From Mobula hypostoma (Eukaryota), in the NCBI RefSeq assembly GCF_963921235.1, contig NC_086109.1:95356001-95420000 (forward strand): a DNA stretch of 64,000 nt. Reading direction: 5' to 3'. The translations under genes were made by a program, and so were the position numbers. Under the pieces are notes generated by a model. That model ran no database searches. It was not told the DNA's origin and saw nothing but the letters and a program-made list of their open reading frames with translations. Of the stretch, positions 62,075-64,000 are shown one piece after another. The stretch's first letter is position 1. Every line of letters starts with the position of its first letter.

Positions 62075-63272
62075 GTAATGCCTCTCTTTGCACATCTTAT
62101 GAGGGTGGGTACTACTTGTCTGCCACAGTACAGTTTCTGTGATGCAGCTTGTTAGGATTCTCTCTACTGCACATCTGTAGAATGACGTGCGTGTAGATGT
62201 ACAAAGTCCAGCTGTCTTCAGCCTCCTCAGAAAGTAGAGGCATTGGTGAGCTTTCTTGAAAGTAGGTTCCTCGGAGTTGTTGTGCAAGTTGTTGGGGTGG
62301 TTAAGAAGACATATGGGGTGTTGGCCTTCATCGTTTAGGGGATCGAATTGAAGAGCTGTGAGGTAATGTTGCAGCTTTTTAAAACCCTGGTTAGACCACA
62401 CCTGGAGTATTGTATACTGGTCGTAAACACAAAATAATCTGCAGACGCTGGGGTCAAAGCAACACTCATAACACGCTGAGCGTGTTATGAGCATTATATA
62501 CTGGTGGACTCATTGTAGGAAGCTTTATAGAGGGTGCAGAGGAGATTGACCAGGACACTGCCTGGATTAGAAAGTATGTCTCATGAGGATAGGTTGAGTG
62601 AGCTTGGGCTTTTCTCTAAGGAAGATGAGAGGTGACTTGTTAGAGGTGTACAAGATGAAAAGAGGCATAGATCAAGTGGTAGTCAGATACTTTCTCCCAG
62701 GGTGGAATTGGTGAATACGAGGGGGGCAGAATTTTAAGGTGGTTGGAGGAAATATAGGGGGAATGTCAGAGGTAAGAGAGTGGTGGTTGTGTGGTAGAGA
62801 CAGCTACATTAGGGACGTTTAAGAGACCACACTATACTATGGGAGAGGAAGGAGTGGAGTTGGGGGAGGAGCCCCTCAATTCCTGTAGTAACGAGCCACC
62901 CCGGGGGGGGGGGCAGTACTATTGGTGAGTAGGAATGTAATAGAACAGCATTGACTATGAATGTAAAGAATGAAAAGGCATTGAATGGTTTATTCTTCTG
63001 AATAATTTTTATTATAAATAAAGTTTATTTTCTTCTTAAAAAAGGGACTGTTAGGCACACGGGTAAAAGAAAAATGGGGGGATTGTGAGAGAGGGAAGAG
63101 TTAGATTGAGCATGGAGTTGATTAAAGGTCAGCAAACATTGTACTGTGCTGTACTGTTCTATGTATATAGTCTTTGTGTGGCTGTCGGAGGAGGTGCTCA
63201 AATGCAAAGAGAAATACGCAGCTGAGGAACGACAGGGCAGGGTAAAACAAGAAAGATTCTGTTTGCAAATAA

Positions 63273-63458
<186 letters not shown>

Positions 63459-64000
63459 TGATTTATGACCTGCTGTATGTAGTCTCCCCACAGCAGCTTC
63501 TCCAGGCATTTCCAGCATGGGCAAGGTTTGCACTCAGCAGGGATAAATTAAAAACTTGCACACCAATTTTTGTTCCTGATCAGCAGATGCTGATAAGTTG
63601 AAGCATTTTTAAATGTTTTTTGTTGCAATGTTTTCAACATCTATGTCAATGTGTGCACACTTGTGTTTCACTGACGTCCCTCAGGAAAGGACATCTGCAA
63701 TCCTGTCCTGACCACACAATCCATTTATTTTATTTGTTTAGCGATACAGTGCAGTCTGCCCTTCCAGCCACGCCGCCCCAGCAGCCCCTGACAACTCCGA
63801 TTAACCCCAGCCTAACCACGGGACAATTTACAATGACCAATTCACCTGCCCAGTACATGTTTGGACAGTAGGAGGAAACCAGAAAAGAGTACGCAGGGAA
63901 AAGTCATGCAATCACAGGATGCCAGAATCGAACTCCAATCTCCGAAGCCCTGAGCTGTGATAGTTGTAGTTACACCAGACCTATCAATGTGCTCAACTCT

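Overview
Repeat-rich vertebrate genomic DNA; the repeat families (V-SINEs, CR1, Rex/Babar-like LINEs, Penelope-like elements) suggest a cartilaginous fish, probably a ray (inference). Three protein-coding genes lie on the + strand: the 3' part of the ANKRD34C coding exon (1-1410), a complete three-exon SNAPC5 CDS (37182-48347, 103 aa) behind a CpG-rich ETS/CRE promoter at ~35.9 kb, and exons 1-4 of LCTL (54702-63437, continuing past the window). The rest is mostly nested, decayed transposons, including a Tc1 element, a BEL/Pao remnant and a Tigger4-like fragment. The most notable hidden structure is a Penelope-linked repeat carrying a minimal type I hammerhead ribozyme (about a dozen copies, one with an intact core at 11208-11245 on the minus strand). 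Tiny fold-back derivatives of this repeat are flanked by 15-17 bp target-site duplications (TSDs). Also notable are a 1.07-kb element with ~175-bp inverted arms, inverted CR1 copies bracketing SNAPC5 exon 2, three insertions at the same CR1 motif, and a candidate spliced divergent transcript from the SNAPC5 promoter. Repeat boundaries are approximate, and family names come from motif recognition rather than database searches.
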